64,000 nucleotides of DNA, taken from the IMG/VR virus record IMGVR_UViG_2775507243_000004, positions 1 through 64,000 of that record; one strand, given 5' to 3'. Both the position numbers and the translations under genes were made by a program. This document shows, piece by piece, positions 19,099 to 28,638 of the stretch; positions within the stretch are counted from its first letter, which is position 1; the number at the start of each line of letters is the position of its first letter. This stretch comes from a virus. Its lineage: Duplodnaviria > Caudoviricetes. The notes under the pieces were generated by a model. That model did no database searches, was not told the DNA's origin, and saw only the letters and a program-made list of their open reading frames with translations.

Positions 19099-20271
19099 AT
19101 GAGCGATCAATTCCACCATGGTGTGCGCGTCATCGAGATTAACGAGGGTACGCGCACCATTCAAACTATTAGCACCGCTGTCATTGGCTTGGTCTGCACG
19201 GCCCCCGATGCAGACGCAAAATTCTTCCCACTCAATCAGCCGGTGCTGATCACCAGCGTTCAAAAAGCTATTGGCAAAGCAGGCACTAAGGGAACGATGC
19301 TGCGCACGCTGAATGCCATCGCTAAACAAACTAATCCCATCATCGTGATGGTGCGCGTCGAACAAGGCGCGGACGAAAAAGAAACCGAAAAGAACATCAT
19401 CGGTGGCACCGATGAAACAGGCCGCTTCACCGGCCTTAAAGCCTTGCTCGCGGCCAATAGCATCGTGCATGTAAAACCGCGCATTCTAGGCGTGCCAGGC
19501 TACGACACTTTGCTGGTCGCCAACGAGCTGGCAACCATTTGCCAGAAGCTACGCGCCTTTGCCTACATCAGCGCACGCGGCTGCAATAGCGTGGAAGAAG
19601 CGCTGGAGTATCGCGCCAACTTCGGCCAACGTGAGCTGATGCTGATCTGGCCAGACTTTAAAAACCCGAACTGGTCGGGGCTGGATGATGAAGGCCTCGA
19701 CTTAGCCGTCGCCTACGCCATCGGCTTACGCGCCAAGCTGGATAAGGACGTGGGCTGGCATAAGACGCTTTCTAATGTGGTGATTAATGGCGTGACCGGC
19801 TTAAGCCAAGATGTGTTTTGGGATCTGCAAGACCCCGACACCGACGCGGGCCTGCTCAATGGCAAAGATATCACCACCATCGTACGTGCCAAGGGCTTTG
19901 TGTTCTGGGGCAATCACACCCTTTCTGCTGATCCGCTGTTTCAATTTGAGAACTACACCCGCAGCGCCCAAGTCATCGCCGACACCATGGGCGAGGCGCA
20001 TATGTGGGCTATCGATCAGCCGATGACGCCGAGCTTAGCCAAAGATATTTTAGAAGGGATTAATGCAAAGGGCCGCGCGTGGGTTTCAGCCGGTTACTTG
20101 ATGGGCTTTAACGCTTGGCTGGATATCGAGGCCAACGGGAAAGAAGATCTGAAGGCGGGCAAGCTCACCATCGATTACGACTACACCCCCGTCCCGCCGC
20201 TGGAAAACCTAGAGCTGCGCCAGCGTATTACCGATAAATACCTAATGGAATTTGGCGCAAGCGTCGGCTAA
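19099..20271 (+). CDS. Tail sheath FI
   Basis: FHHGVRV, GWHKTLSN, DYDYTPVPPLE. Confidence 0.95.
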   Translation: MSDQFHHGVRVIEINEGTRTIQTISTAVIGLVCTAPDADAKFFPLNQPVLITSVQKAIGKAGTKGTMLRTLNAIAKQTNPIIVMVRVEQGADEKETEKNIIGGTDETGRFTGLKALLAANSIVHVKPRILGVPGYDTLLVANELATICQKLRAFAYISARGCNSVEEALEYRANFGQRELMLIWPDFKNPNWSGLDDEGLDLAVAYAIGLRAKLDKDVGWHKTLSNVVINGVTGLSQDVFWDLQDPDTDAGLLNGKDITTIVRAKGFVFWGNHTLSADPLFQFENYTRSAQVIADTMGEAHMWAIDQPMTPSLAKDILEGINAKGRAWVSAGYLMGFNAWLDIEANGKEDLKAGKLTIDYDYTPVPPLENLELRQRITDKYLMEFGASVG

Positions 20272-20286
20272 TCAAGGGGAATCAAT

Positions 20287-20796
20287 ATGGCATTACCAAG
20301 CAAGCTCAAAGGCTTCAACGTCTTTATGGACGGGATTAATTTTGTGGGCAAAGTAAGCGAAGTCACCTTACCCAAGCTCAGCCGCAAAATGGAAGAGTAT
20401 CGGGGCGGAGGCATGGGTGGCACGGTCGATATCGATCTGGGCCTTGAGAAGCTCGAAATGTCGGCCACCTACGGCGGCTTTATGCGCGAGATTTTTACGA
20501 CGTTTGGCGCGGCCACACACGACGCCGTGCTGATTCGCTTTGCCGGTGGCTATCAGCGGGAAGACTCAGAAGAAGTCGACGCAATCGAAGTCATCATGCG
20601 CGGTCGTCACAAAGAAATCGATATGGGCAGCGCCAAGCCTGGCGAAGATACCGAGTTCAAAGTATCTAGCTCACTTAGCTATTACAAGCTAACCCTTAAC
20701 GGCAAAACGCAAGCTGAAATCGACACCGTAAACATGATCGAAATCATCGACGGCGTAGACCGCCTTGCCAAAATGCGCAGCGCCATTGGCCTGTAA
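20287..20796 (+). CDS. Tail tube FII
   Basis: MALPSKLK, EEYRGGGM, YYKL. Confidence 0.95.
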   Translation: MALPSKLKGFNVFMDGINFVGKVSEVTLPKLSRKMEEYRGGGMGGTVDIDLGLEKLEMSATYGGFMREIFTTFGAATHDAVLIRFAGGYQREDSEEVDAIEVIMRGRHKEIDMGSAKPGEDTEFKVSSSLSYYKLTLNGKTQAEIDTVNMIEIIDGVDRLAKMRSAIGL

Positions 20797-20814
20797 TTAA
20801 AAGGATTTAAAAAA

Positions 20815-21108
20815 ATGACTCACCCAAACACCGTAGAACTCGATACCCCACTGATTCGCGGCGATCAAACGATTAGTAACATTACCCTAATCAAACCCAA
20901 AAGCGGCGCATTGCGTGGCGTGAAGCTGGGCGACTTGCTGCAGATGGATGTGGAAGCCATCACCAAGGTATTGCCGCGTATTTCAGACCCTACGCTCACC
21001 GAGCAGGATGTCCGCAATTTAGACCCTGCCGACCTGCTGCAATTGGCAGGGATTACCGCCGGTTTTTTATTGCCGAAGGACGCCAAGGTGGACTACCCGC
21101 AAGCGTAA
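20815..21108 (+). CDS. Tail assembly chaperone gpE
   Basis: GALRGV, LPRIS; T6 slippery run at 21063-21068. Confidence 0.9.
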   Translation: MTHPNTVELDTPLIRGDQTISNITLIKPKSGALRGVKLGDLLQMDVEAITKVLPRISDPTLTEQDVRNLDPADLLQLAGITAGFLLPKDAKVDYPQA

Positions 21109-21233
21109 ATTCAGCCATGGCCGATATCGCCATGGTATTTCATTGGCCCCCGGAGGCGATGGACAACATGACGGTATCGGAGTTGATGGAATGGCGCGAA
21201 GAAGCGCGCAAACGACACAACCCAGAAAAATAA
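21066..21233 (+). CDS. gpE' extension via -1 frameshift
   Basis: -1 frame from the T6 run is open and reads MADIAMVFHWPP...ELMEWRE (P2 E' family). Confidence 0.85.
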   Translation, partial: FIAEGRQGGLPASVNSAMADIAMVFHWPPEAMDNMTVSELMEWREEARKRHNPEK

Positions 21234-21236
21234 TAA

Positions 21237-21950
21237 ATGATAAATAAACTCCATCGCGGCGACAGCCTGCCCTTTTTAGAATCCCTCCCCGCCGCTCTGG
21301 TCGATGCGCTGATTACTGACCCGCCTTATGCCTCGGGCGGCTTACATATCGGCTCTAAAAGCCGCAGCACCTCTGATAAATATCAGAACGGCGGCACCGC
21401 TCGCAAATACCCCGAATTCACCGGCGATCACCGCGACCAACGCGCCCACCTGCGCTGGATGACGCTCTGGCTGTCTGAGTGCCTGCGCGTCATGAAAGAC
21501 GGCGCGCCCATTTGCCTCTTTACCGACTGGCGACAATTGCCGCTGACCACCGACGCCTTGCAAGTCGCGGGCTTTACTTGGCGCGGCATTGCCGTCTGGG
21601 ACAAGGGCGAAGGCGTGCGGCCTCAGATGGGGCGCTTTAGAAATCAGGCGGAATACATTGTGTGGGGCAGCAAAGGCCATATGCCAAACGAGCGTGATGT
21701 CGGCGTATTGCGCGGTGTTTACAAGGAAGTGGTCAAGCAAAAAGACAAGTTCCATGTCACCGGCAAGCCGACCGACTTAATGCGCGACCTCATCAAGATC
21801 TGCGAGCCTGGCGGTTTAATTCTTGATCCTTTCGCCGGATCAGGCTCCACCCTGCTTGCCGCTGAATTGGAAGGCTACGACTGGCTGGGCTGTGAGTTAA
21901 GCGAGGAATACAAAAATATTGCCTTAGAACGATTGGCACAGGAGCACTAA
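21237..21950 (+). CDS. N4/N6 DNA methyltransferase (beta class)
   Basis: DPPY followed by LDPFAGSGST. Confidence 0.92.
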   Translation: MINKLHRGDSLPFLESLPAALVDALITDPPYASGGLHIGSKSRSTSDKYQNGGTARKYPEFTGDHRDQRAHLRWMTLWLSECLRVMKDGAPICLFTDWRQLPLTTDALQVAGFTWRGIAVWDKGEGVRPQMGRFRNQAEYIVWGSKGHMPNERDVGVLRGVYKEVVKQKDKFHVTGKPTDLMRDLIKICEPGGLILDPFAGSGSTLLAAELEGYDWLGCELSEEYKNIALERLAQEH

Positions 21951-24538
21951 TGAGCGCGGCGCGAAATTTACGACTAGAAGTGGTTTTAAAAGCGATAGAT
22001 AAATTCACCGCGCCGTTTAAAGGGGTACTGAATCAAAGCAAGGCGGTATCAAAGCAAGTCAGCGCACTTAAAAACAAGATGAAAGACTTGGATAAAACCC
22101 AAGGCCATATCGATTCATTTAAAAAGCTCAGCCGAGATACCGCTCAATCTTCTCTGCAAATGAAAGCGGCACAGGAACGCGCCAGCGCACTAGGTAGAAG
22201 CCTAGCCGCCACCGCCAACCCCACTAAAAAAATGAGCGCGGAATTTAACCGCGCTAAAAAAGAAGCCGCAGAATTAGCGGCAAGGCACACTCAGCTTGTC
22301 AGCCGACAACAAAGCCTGCGCACGTCCTTAAATGCGGCGGGCGTCTCTACGCGTAATCTGTCCCAGCATCAGCGCGAACTCAGGCAAAACGCCGCCAGCA
22401 CAACCGCTGCTCTGCAAAGAGAACAACAGCAGCTGGAACGCTTAGGCCGACAGATGCAGCGCCAACACGCGGCCAGAGCAACTTACGACCGAAGCATGAA
22501 CGCCAGAAACAATCTGGCGGGAGCCGGTGCCGGTATGGCGATTGCGGGCGGCGGTGCGCTGTATGCGGCCAAGCGTGTGATGGCTCCAGGCTTAGACTTT
22601 GATGCGGAAATGTCCAGCGTACAGGCGCTCACCCGACTGGATAAAAACGGCCCCCAGCTCGCGGCCTTACGCAAACAGGCGCGAGAATTAGGCGCGGCCA
22701 CCAGCTTTACCGCCAACGAAGCCGCACAGGGGCAAGGCTTTTTAGCGATGGCGGGCTTTGATCCGACCGCGATTCAAAAGGCCATGCCTGGCGTACTTGA
22801 TTTAGCCAAGGCCGGACGGGTAGAACTGCCCGCCGCTGCCGATATGGCCTCTAATATTCTGACCGGCTTTAAGCTGAACGCTGAACAGATGGGCCGCGCG
22901 GGCGATGTACTGGTCGGCACTTTCACCCGCTCGAATGTCGATTTAAGAATGCTGGCCGAGTCGATGAAGTACGCCGCGCCGGTCGCTGCCAGTCTGGGCG
23001 TAGATCTGGAAACCGCCGCCGCGATGACCGGTAAGCTAGGTGACGCGGGGATTCAAGCTAGTATGGGCGGCACGGCCTTACGCGCCATTATGTCCCGCCT
23101 AGCGGCTCCTCCCAAAATGGCCGCAGAAGCCATCAAAGAACTCGCCCTACAGACCAAAGATGCAAAGGGCAATCTGCGCGACCTGCCGACGATCCTTGCT
23201 GAGCTGGAAGCCAAAACCAAAAACATGGGGAACGCCCAGCGGGCGGGATACTTTAAGCATATTGCGGGCGAAGAAGCTTTTAGTGCCTTGAGCGTGCTCA
23301 CTGCACAAGCTGGTAGCGGCAAGCTGCAAGAACTAATTGCCACCCTCAGACAATCCGCCGGTGAAGCCAGCGCCAATGCAAAGACCATGAGCGACAACGC
23401 GGCGGGCGATATCAAGACGCTGCAATCGGCTTGGGAAGATGTGGGCATTGAAATGTTTGAAGGGAGCAATAGCCCTTTGCGCGAGCTGCTGCAAAATATC
23501 ACCGACGTCATCCGAAAAGGGGGCGAATGGATGAAGGCCAACCCTCAACTCGCTGCCACCCTTGTCAAAGTCAGCGTATCGGCTGCCGCCATCGTGGCGA
23601 TATTGGGCGGCTTAGCGCTATCCGCAGCGGCGCTATTAGGCCCGTTTGCCATGATTAAATTTGCTTTAACGACGCTTAATATTCAAATAGGCATCGGCTC
23701 AGTCTTAGCCAGAGCGGCCACATGGAGCTATGGCCTGTTGACCGGCGCTCTAAGCATGGCCGGTAATGCCGCATTATTTATGGGCCGCGCCCTGCTGATG
23801 AATCCTATCGGCCTATTAGTCACGGGCATCGCCATTGCAGCCCTGTTGATTTACAAATATTGGGAACCCATTAAGGCTTTCTTTAGCGGCCTATGGGATC
23901 AGATCAAAGCCGCCTTTCATGGTGGCATTGCAGGTATCGGCGCATTAATCCTGAATTGGTCGCCACTAGGTTTGTTTTACAGCGCCTTTGCAAAAGTCTT
24001 CAGCTGGTTTGGCCTGGAACTCCCCGCCACATTTACTGGCTATGGCCAGATGATGGTCGACGGCTTATGGCAAGGGATCGCGGGCAAGTGGGACTGGTTA
24101 AAAGGGAAGTTTTACGAGCTGGCCAAAATGCTGCCCGAGCCGGTACAAAAGGCGCTCGATATCCACTCGCCCTCCCGCGTGTTTGCCCAGATCGGGCGGC
24201 ATACCGTCGCGGGCTTGGATCAAGGTTTAAGCGATAGCCAGCAAGCGCCACTCGATACCATTAAAAACATGGCCCGCAAAATGGCGACCGCTGCCGGTGG
24301 CCTGATGATTGGCGGCACCAGCTTGGGGGCTATGGCCGACGTCAAGCTGGATCAGCGCCCGCCCATGTATGCGCAAAGCAACTACGGCCAAAGCCCAGCG
24401 CCATCGATCCAGATCACGATCAACGCAGCGCCAGGGATGAACGAACAAACACTGGCCCAGCTGGTCGCGCAAGAAATCGCCAAGGCCGAACGCCAGAAGC
24501 AGGTGCGTAGCCGATCACGCTTAGGAGATAGCGACTGA
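21950..24538 (+). CDS. Tape measure protein gpT
   Basis: Ala-rich helical protein with TP901-type core (FLAMAGF), IHSPSRVF. Confidence 0.93.
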   Translation: MSAARNLRLEVVLKAIDKFTAPFKGVLNQSKAVSKQVSALKNKMKDLDKTQGHIDSFKKLSRDTAQSSLQMKAAQERASALGRSLAATANPTKKMSAEFNRAKKEAAELAARHTQLVSRQQSLRTSLNAAGVSTRNLSQHQRELRQNAASTTAALQREQQQLERLGRQMQRQHAARATYDRSMNARNNLAGAGAGMAIAGGGALYAAKRVMAPGLDFDAEMSSVQALTRLDKNGPQLAALRKQARELGAATSFTANEAAQGQGFLAMAGFDPTAIQKAMPGVLDLAKAGRVELPAAADMASNILTGFKLNAEQMGRAGDVLVGTFTRSNVDLRMLAESMKYAAPVAASLGVDLETAAAMTGKLGDAGIQASMGGTALRAIMSRLAAPPKMAAEAIKELALQTKDAKGNLRDLPTILAELEAKTKNMGNAQRAGYFKHIAGEEAFSALSVLTAQAGSGKLQELIATLRQSAGEASANAKTMSDNAAGDIKTLQSAWEDVGIEMFEGSNSPLRELLQNITDVIRKGGEWMKANPQLAATLVKVSVSAAAIVAILGGLALSAAALLGPFAMIKFALTTLNIQIGIGSVLARAATWSYGLLTGALSMAGNAALFMGRALLMNPIGLLVTGIAIAALLIYKYWEPIKAFFSGLWDQIKAAFHGGIAGIGALILNWSPLGLFYSAFAKVFSWFGLELPATFTGYGQMMVDGLWQGIAGKWDWLKGKFYELAKMLPEPVQKALDIHSPSRVFAQIGRHTVAGLDQGLSDSQQAPLDTIKNMARKMATAAGGLMIGGTSLGAMADVKLDQRPPMYAQSNYGQSPAPSIQITINAAPGMNEQTLAQLVAQEIAKAERQKQVRSRSRLGDSD

Positions 24539-24948
24539 TGATGATGGTTTTAGGCATGTTTGTATTTGAGCTATCCAGTGCACCTTACCAAACATTGGAG
24601 CAGTCCAAATCATGGCGGCACGCCAGCCAAACACGAATCGGCATCGGCCCCGCTAATCAGTTTTTAGGGCCAGATGCGGAAACCATCGCACTGAGTGGCG
24701 TGTTGTATGAAGAACTAAACGCGGGCGAGGTTTCTTTGTTGGCGCTGGACGATATGGCCGACACAGGGGAAAAATATTTTTTAATTGAAGGCACCGGCTG
24801 GATTTATGGCGAATACGTCATCGAATCGATTAAAACCACCCGCACCTTGTTTTACAAAAACGGCTCAGCCCGCAAGATTGAATTTAACTTAAGCCTGAAG
24901 CGGATCACATCCGACCCTCTCGAAGCCATCATGGGCCTATTGCAATGA
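24538..24948 (+). CDS. Tail protein gpU
   Basis: MMVLGMFVF, QFLGP, IEGTG. Confidence 0.9.
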   Translation: MMMVLGMFVFELSSAPYQTLEQSKSWRHASQTRIGIGPANQFLGPDAETIALSGVLYEELNAGEVSLLALDDMADTGEKYFLIEGTGWIYGEYVIESIKTTRTLFYKNGSARKIEFNLSLKRITSDPLEAIMGLLQ

Positions 24949-26000
24949 ATGAAGGCCATAAATCCCCGCGCTTTAAAATTTTAGTGGGCAGCAAGGATAT
25001 TTCTAAGCTGGTCAACGATAGGCTGGTATCGGTTGGCCTGACAGACAATCGCGGCTTTGAAGCGGATCAGCTCGATATTACGCTGGACGATAGCGACGGC
25101 CTGCTAGAGATTCCGCCACGCGGTGCCGTGGTCAGTGTGTCGCTGGGCTGGTCTGATAGTGGCTTAGTCGATAAGGGCCAATATACGGTGGATGAAGTCG
25201 AACACAGCGGCGCACCGGATCAGCTCACCATCCGCGCCCGCAGTGCCGATTTACGCGCGGGCTTGTCGGTTAAGAAAGAACGCTCCTGGCATCAAACCAC
25301 CGTGGGCGCGATTGTTGAAACCATCGCCAAACAAAACAAGATCCAGCACCGGATCGGGCAAGGCTTAGCCGGGCAAGCCATCAATCACATCGACCAAACC
25401 AGCGAAAGCGACGCCAGCTTTTTAAGCCGTATCGCTAAAATGTTTGATGCGATTGCCACGGTAAAAGATAACAGCCTGCTGTTTATGAAAGCAGGCCAGG
25501 CCACCACGGCCAGCGGCAAGCCCTTGGGTAAAGTGCTGATTACGCGCCAATCAGGGGATAGTCATAGATTCGGTATTGCAGACCGGGGCGCATATAGCGG
25601 CGTGAAAGCCGCATGGCAAAACACCAAAACGGCCAAGAAAGAAACCACTACGGTAAAACGTAAGCCCAGAAAAAAAGCAGGCCCCGGGCAAGGTGAAGTC
25701 ATCCAGGGCGCGGACGATAATGTCAAAACCCTAAGACACGTTTACGCCAGCAAAACCAACGCCGAACGGGCCGCAAAAGCAGAATGGGAAAAACTGCAGC
25801 GCGGCGTGGCTCAGTTCTCAATCTCCCTCGCCTATGGCCGCCCCGAACTCTTCCCCGAGCTACCCGCCAGCGTTTCAGGCTTTAAGCCCATTATCGATAA
25901 GCAAGACTGGATCATCAGCCGCGCCACGCATAGCCTGACAGATAGCGGCTACACCACGGCTTTGGAGCTGGAAGTAAAGGCTAGTGAGGTAGACGGGTAA
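24945..26000 (+). CDS. Late control/baseplate hub gpD
   Basis: DNRGFEADQL, IDQTSESD. Confidence 0.93.
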   Translation: MNEGHKSPRFKILVGSKDISKLVNDRLVSVGLTDNRGFEADQLDITLDDSDGLLEIPPRGAVVSVSLGWSDSGLVDKGQYTVDEVEHSGAPDQLTIRARSADLRAGLSVKKERSWHQTTVGAIVETIAKQNKIQHRIGQGLAGQAINHIDQTSESDASFLSRIAKMFDAIATVKDNSLLFMKAGQATTASGKPLGKVLITRQSGDSHRFGIADRGAYSGVKAAWQNTKTAKKETTTVKRKPRKKAGPGQGEVIQGADDNVKTLRHVYASKTNAERAAKAEWEKLQRGVAQFSISLAYGRPELFPELPASVSGFKPIIDKQDWIISRATHSLTDSGYTTALELEVKASEVDG

Positions 26001-26067
26001 AAACCAAGCTGGAACATAAGCCGAACATGTGCTATATGTGTATAGCAAACTCTAAAGGACGAAAGCG

Positions 26068-26292
26068 ATGTTAGCAATCAGACTACCTGCCGAGATAGAA
26101 AGTCGCTTAGATTTTTTAGCGAAGAGTACCGGCAGGACTAAAACATTTTACGCCAAAGAGGCCATTCTTCAGCATCTGGATGATTTAGAAGACCTCTATC
26201 TGGCCGAACAACGCTTAAGTGCCATCCACTCTGGGCAAAGTAAAACCTATAGTTTAGAAGAAGTGGAGCGCAACCTTGGCTTGGCTGATTAA
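26068..26292 (+). CDS. RelB-like ribbon-helix-helix antitoxin
   Basis: MLAIRL...TGRTKTFY...LEDLYLA. Confidence 0.85.
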   Translation: MLAIRLPAEIESRLDFLAKSTGRTKTFYAKEAILQHLDDLEDLYLAEQRLSAIHSGQSKTYSLEEVERNLGLAD

Positions 26293-26545
26293 ACTGGATG
26301 AAGAAGCTCAGAAAGATCTAGCCAAACTAGATAAACAAGTAGCACGACGAATTACGGCTTTTTTACGGGAGCGGGTAGCAACGCTAGAAGATCCACGCAG
26401 CATTGGTGAAGCCTTAAAAGGCTCTAAGCTCGGTGAATTCTGGAAGTACCGCGTGGGTGATTACCGACTTATCAGCAGCATAGAAGATGGCGCATTGCGC
26501 ATACTGGTTGTGAAAATAGGTAATCGACGTGAAGTGTACAAATAG
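26276..26545 (+). CDS. RelE/StbE-family toxin
   Basis: WKYRVGDYR, IGNRREVY; overlaps the antitoxin. Confidence 0.9.
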   Translation: MAWLIKLDEEAQKDLAKLDKQVARRITAFLRERVATLEDPRSIGEALKGSKLGEFWKYRVGDYRLISSIEDGALRILVVKIGNRREVYK

Positions 26546-26558
26546 CTTTAAATCGAGC

Positions 26559-26589
26559 CAAGCCCCTTTTAAACAAAGGGGCTTTTTTA
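26559..26589 (+). terminator. Terminator after the TA pair
   Basis: AAGCCCCTTT...AAAGGGGCTTTTTT. Confidence 0.7.
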
Positions 26590-26599
26590 TGCCTGTAAC

Positions 26600-26851
26600 C
26601 TACACCGCTGCACTCGCATTAGGTGTCTGCACAAACGAATTAACTGGCGAGTGCATCCCTGCACAGTTTTCTATTTGCCTTCGTGAAGGAAGGTAATCTA
26701 TGCCTACAGTAAGTCCAAGCAAAAATGCCAATACTAAACACACCGTATTAAGTAGCCATTTTGAAGCGGAAATATGAAAGTGTGCATGTTTAATCTTAAT
26801 ATCCTTACATGCAGTCATACCCGTGGAACCTAAGAATGTTCGATCTTTCAT
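26600..26851 (-). CDS. Small membrane protein
   Basis: Single TM segment, downstream of the repressor. Confidence 0.5.
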   Translation of the reverse strand: MKDRTFLGSTGMTACKDIKIKHAHFHISASKWLLNTVCLVLAFLLGLTVGIDYLPSRRQIENCAGMHSPVNSFVQTPNASAAV

Positions 26852-26951
26852 TTTGAATTAGCCATAAAAAAACCCGCCACATTGCGGGTTCAATTAGCAA
26901 AAAAACAGCGTTCACAATATAAACGCTGTTTTTTTTAATGGCCGTTCACAT

Positions 26952-27353
26952 TCAAAATTTAAAAGTTTGATCACCATGAATGGTCAAATCACCCTCAATT
27001 ACTTTGCCGACTCCCCCAACATATTTCTGCTGAACTACTACCTGCTTATCAACGCCTGCATGGGCCATTGATAAAAGAGCAGTCCGCACCGACGGCGTCG
27101 CAGCACGTAAAGCAGAAATCATCTGTTGCTCTTCTGGAGACAAAAGACCTGCGGTACGTTCTCCCGTCACAATGTACTGAACATCCGCGCCTATATCAGA
27201 GAATGGTAATAGTACAGAAATGGGGGGATTAGTTTTATTTTTTTCGTAGCCATAAAGAGAGTCAACTGAGATACCAAGCGCCTTTGCTGCTGCTTCTTGT
27301 GACAAACCAAGCCGCTTTCTTTCCTCTTTTAGGCGAGCAGAAACACCGACCAT
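26952..27353 (-). CDS. XRE-family immunity repressor
   Basis: RLKEERKRLGLSQ...YEKNKTNP, DVQYIVTG. Confidence 0.85.
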   Translation of the reverse strand: MVGVSARLKEERKRLGLSQEAAAKALGISVDSLYGYEKNKTNPPISVLLPFSDIGADVQYIVTGERTAGLLSPEEQQMISALRAATPSVRTALLSMAHAGVDKQVVVQQKYVGGVGKVIEGDLTIHGDQTFKF

Positions 27354-27367
27354 TCTCTGCTTTACGT

Positions 27368-27415
27368 TTGACAACCCCGAAGATGATACGGATAATCTAT
27401 TCATAGATTCTAGCA
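27368..27415. promoter_or_regulatory. Face-to-face lysis/lysogeny promoters
   Basis: Plus strand TTGACA-N17-GATAAT (27368-27396); minus strand extended -10 TGCTAGAAT (27415-27407). Confidence 0.65.
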
Positions 27416-27460
27416 AGTCTCTTAGTGTCACTCTAAACAGCCTTAATGGTAGCGCAAACA

Positions 27461-27727
27461 ATGGAAGAAAACGATTCAGGCGATCAAAGCATGCCTAGGG
27501 CACCACGCGGCATGCTCAGCCGCAGAGGGATAAATTTACGCCTCAAGGAAATTGAACACCCTGTTGTGAGTGGCATCGCCAAGCAAGAATCAAGATCAGT
27601 CGCTTCTATGTGCCGGTTGCTCTTATTAGAGGGTTTGGCGTCTCGAGGTATAGAAGTCCCCGAGGAAGAACTAGAAAGCATCGAAGACGTAGCCTTAATC
27701 AGTACAGAACAAACGGTAATGGCTTAG
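27461..27727 (+). CDS. Small RHH/Arc-like DNA-binding early regulator
   Basis: INLRL...IAKQESRSVASMCRLLL. Confidence 0.6.
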   Translation: MEENDSGDQSMPRAPRGMLSRRGINLRLKEIEHPVVSGIAKQESRSVASMCRLLLLEGLASRGIEVPEEELESIEDVALISTEQTVMA

Positions 27728-27837
27728 TGCCTGCCTAAGTGCCCCTAAGAAATATAAGCGTTTTACCCGACGAATGGTAGTCGTTTGTGGCTCTGCCTTT
27801 TGCTTTTGTAATTTTTGTTAGCTTTGGAGTAATCATC

Positions 27838-28095
27838 ATGGCCGTAGAAATTCGTTGTCCCGCTTGTGGCGGTAAAACATCTACACGCAATAGCATTCAA
27901 TTGACTGCAAAGCTTAGAAGTGCAGAAATTGTGTGCCGAAACTGCAATAGACCGAGCGATGTCATGATTGAAGTCACCAACAATTACAATGTAATAAAAG
28001 AAAAAAACCCACTCTTACACACCTACAAAATCGGCGACTGGCACAAAGAAAAAGCCGCTAATGACTCCGAAGAACAACTTCCCCTCGCGCTATAA
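27838..28095 (+). CDS. Ogr/Delta-like zinc-finger late activator
   Basis: C-X2-C-X22-C-X2-C; GGAG RBS. Confidence 0.7.
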   Translation: MAVEIRCPACGGKTSTRNSIQLTAKLRSAEIVCRNCNRPSDVMIEVTNNYNVIKEKNPLLHTYKIGDWHKEKAANDSEEQLPLAL

Positions 28096-28155
28096 CCCGA
28101 AGTAATTCCCCTTTTATCTAAGCCTTCCCGCGCCTGTTTAACAGCCGCAGGGGCT

Positions 28156-28638
28156 TTGTCACGTCTGGATAAAACAATGCCCGCTATTGCAGAGCAATTA
28201 CCCCAGCCCTTTACGCCAAGAATCATCAATACATTGGAGCCTAAACGCTGCAATGTAACGAAAATCAAAATGAGTCCGCGTGAATGTGCTGTCGCAATGG
28301 TCAGCGGCTATCCAGACATGCCCAAGAGTGAAAGCAAGCGAGAACGCCCCGCCTTTATCTATGCCGACGACGGCGAAGAAGTGCTCGCCACGCTCAAACC
28401 ACAGCGCAAACCTTTGCCGGTATTGAATCAGGAAGAAAACCAAGAGCTGGCCGATTTATTAGCTTGGGCACAAAAAGCCGATACAGCGATCCATGCCCGC
28501 ATGGCCCGCCTCAATCAGTTCGACTTGCCCCAAGAATCCGCCAAGCTCAAACAGATGCGCGGCTTGCTGGGGTGCTTGATCGTAGAAGGTGAAACAACGC
28601 TACAAAACGCGTGGTATGCCAAGGCGACCGCGCAATGA
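28156..28638 (+). CDS. Hypothetical early protein
   Basis: ORF with ATGA overlap into rep; start uncertain. Confidence 0.55.
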   Translation: MSRLDKTMPAIAEQLPQPFTPRIINTLEPKRCNVTKIKMSPRECAVAMVSGYPDMPKSESKRERPAFIYADDGEEVLATLKPQRKPLPVLNQEENQELADLLAWAQKADTAIHARMARLNQFDLPQESAKLKQMRGLLGCLIVEGETTLQNAWYAKATAQ

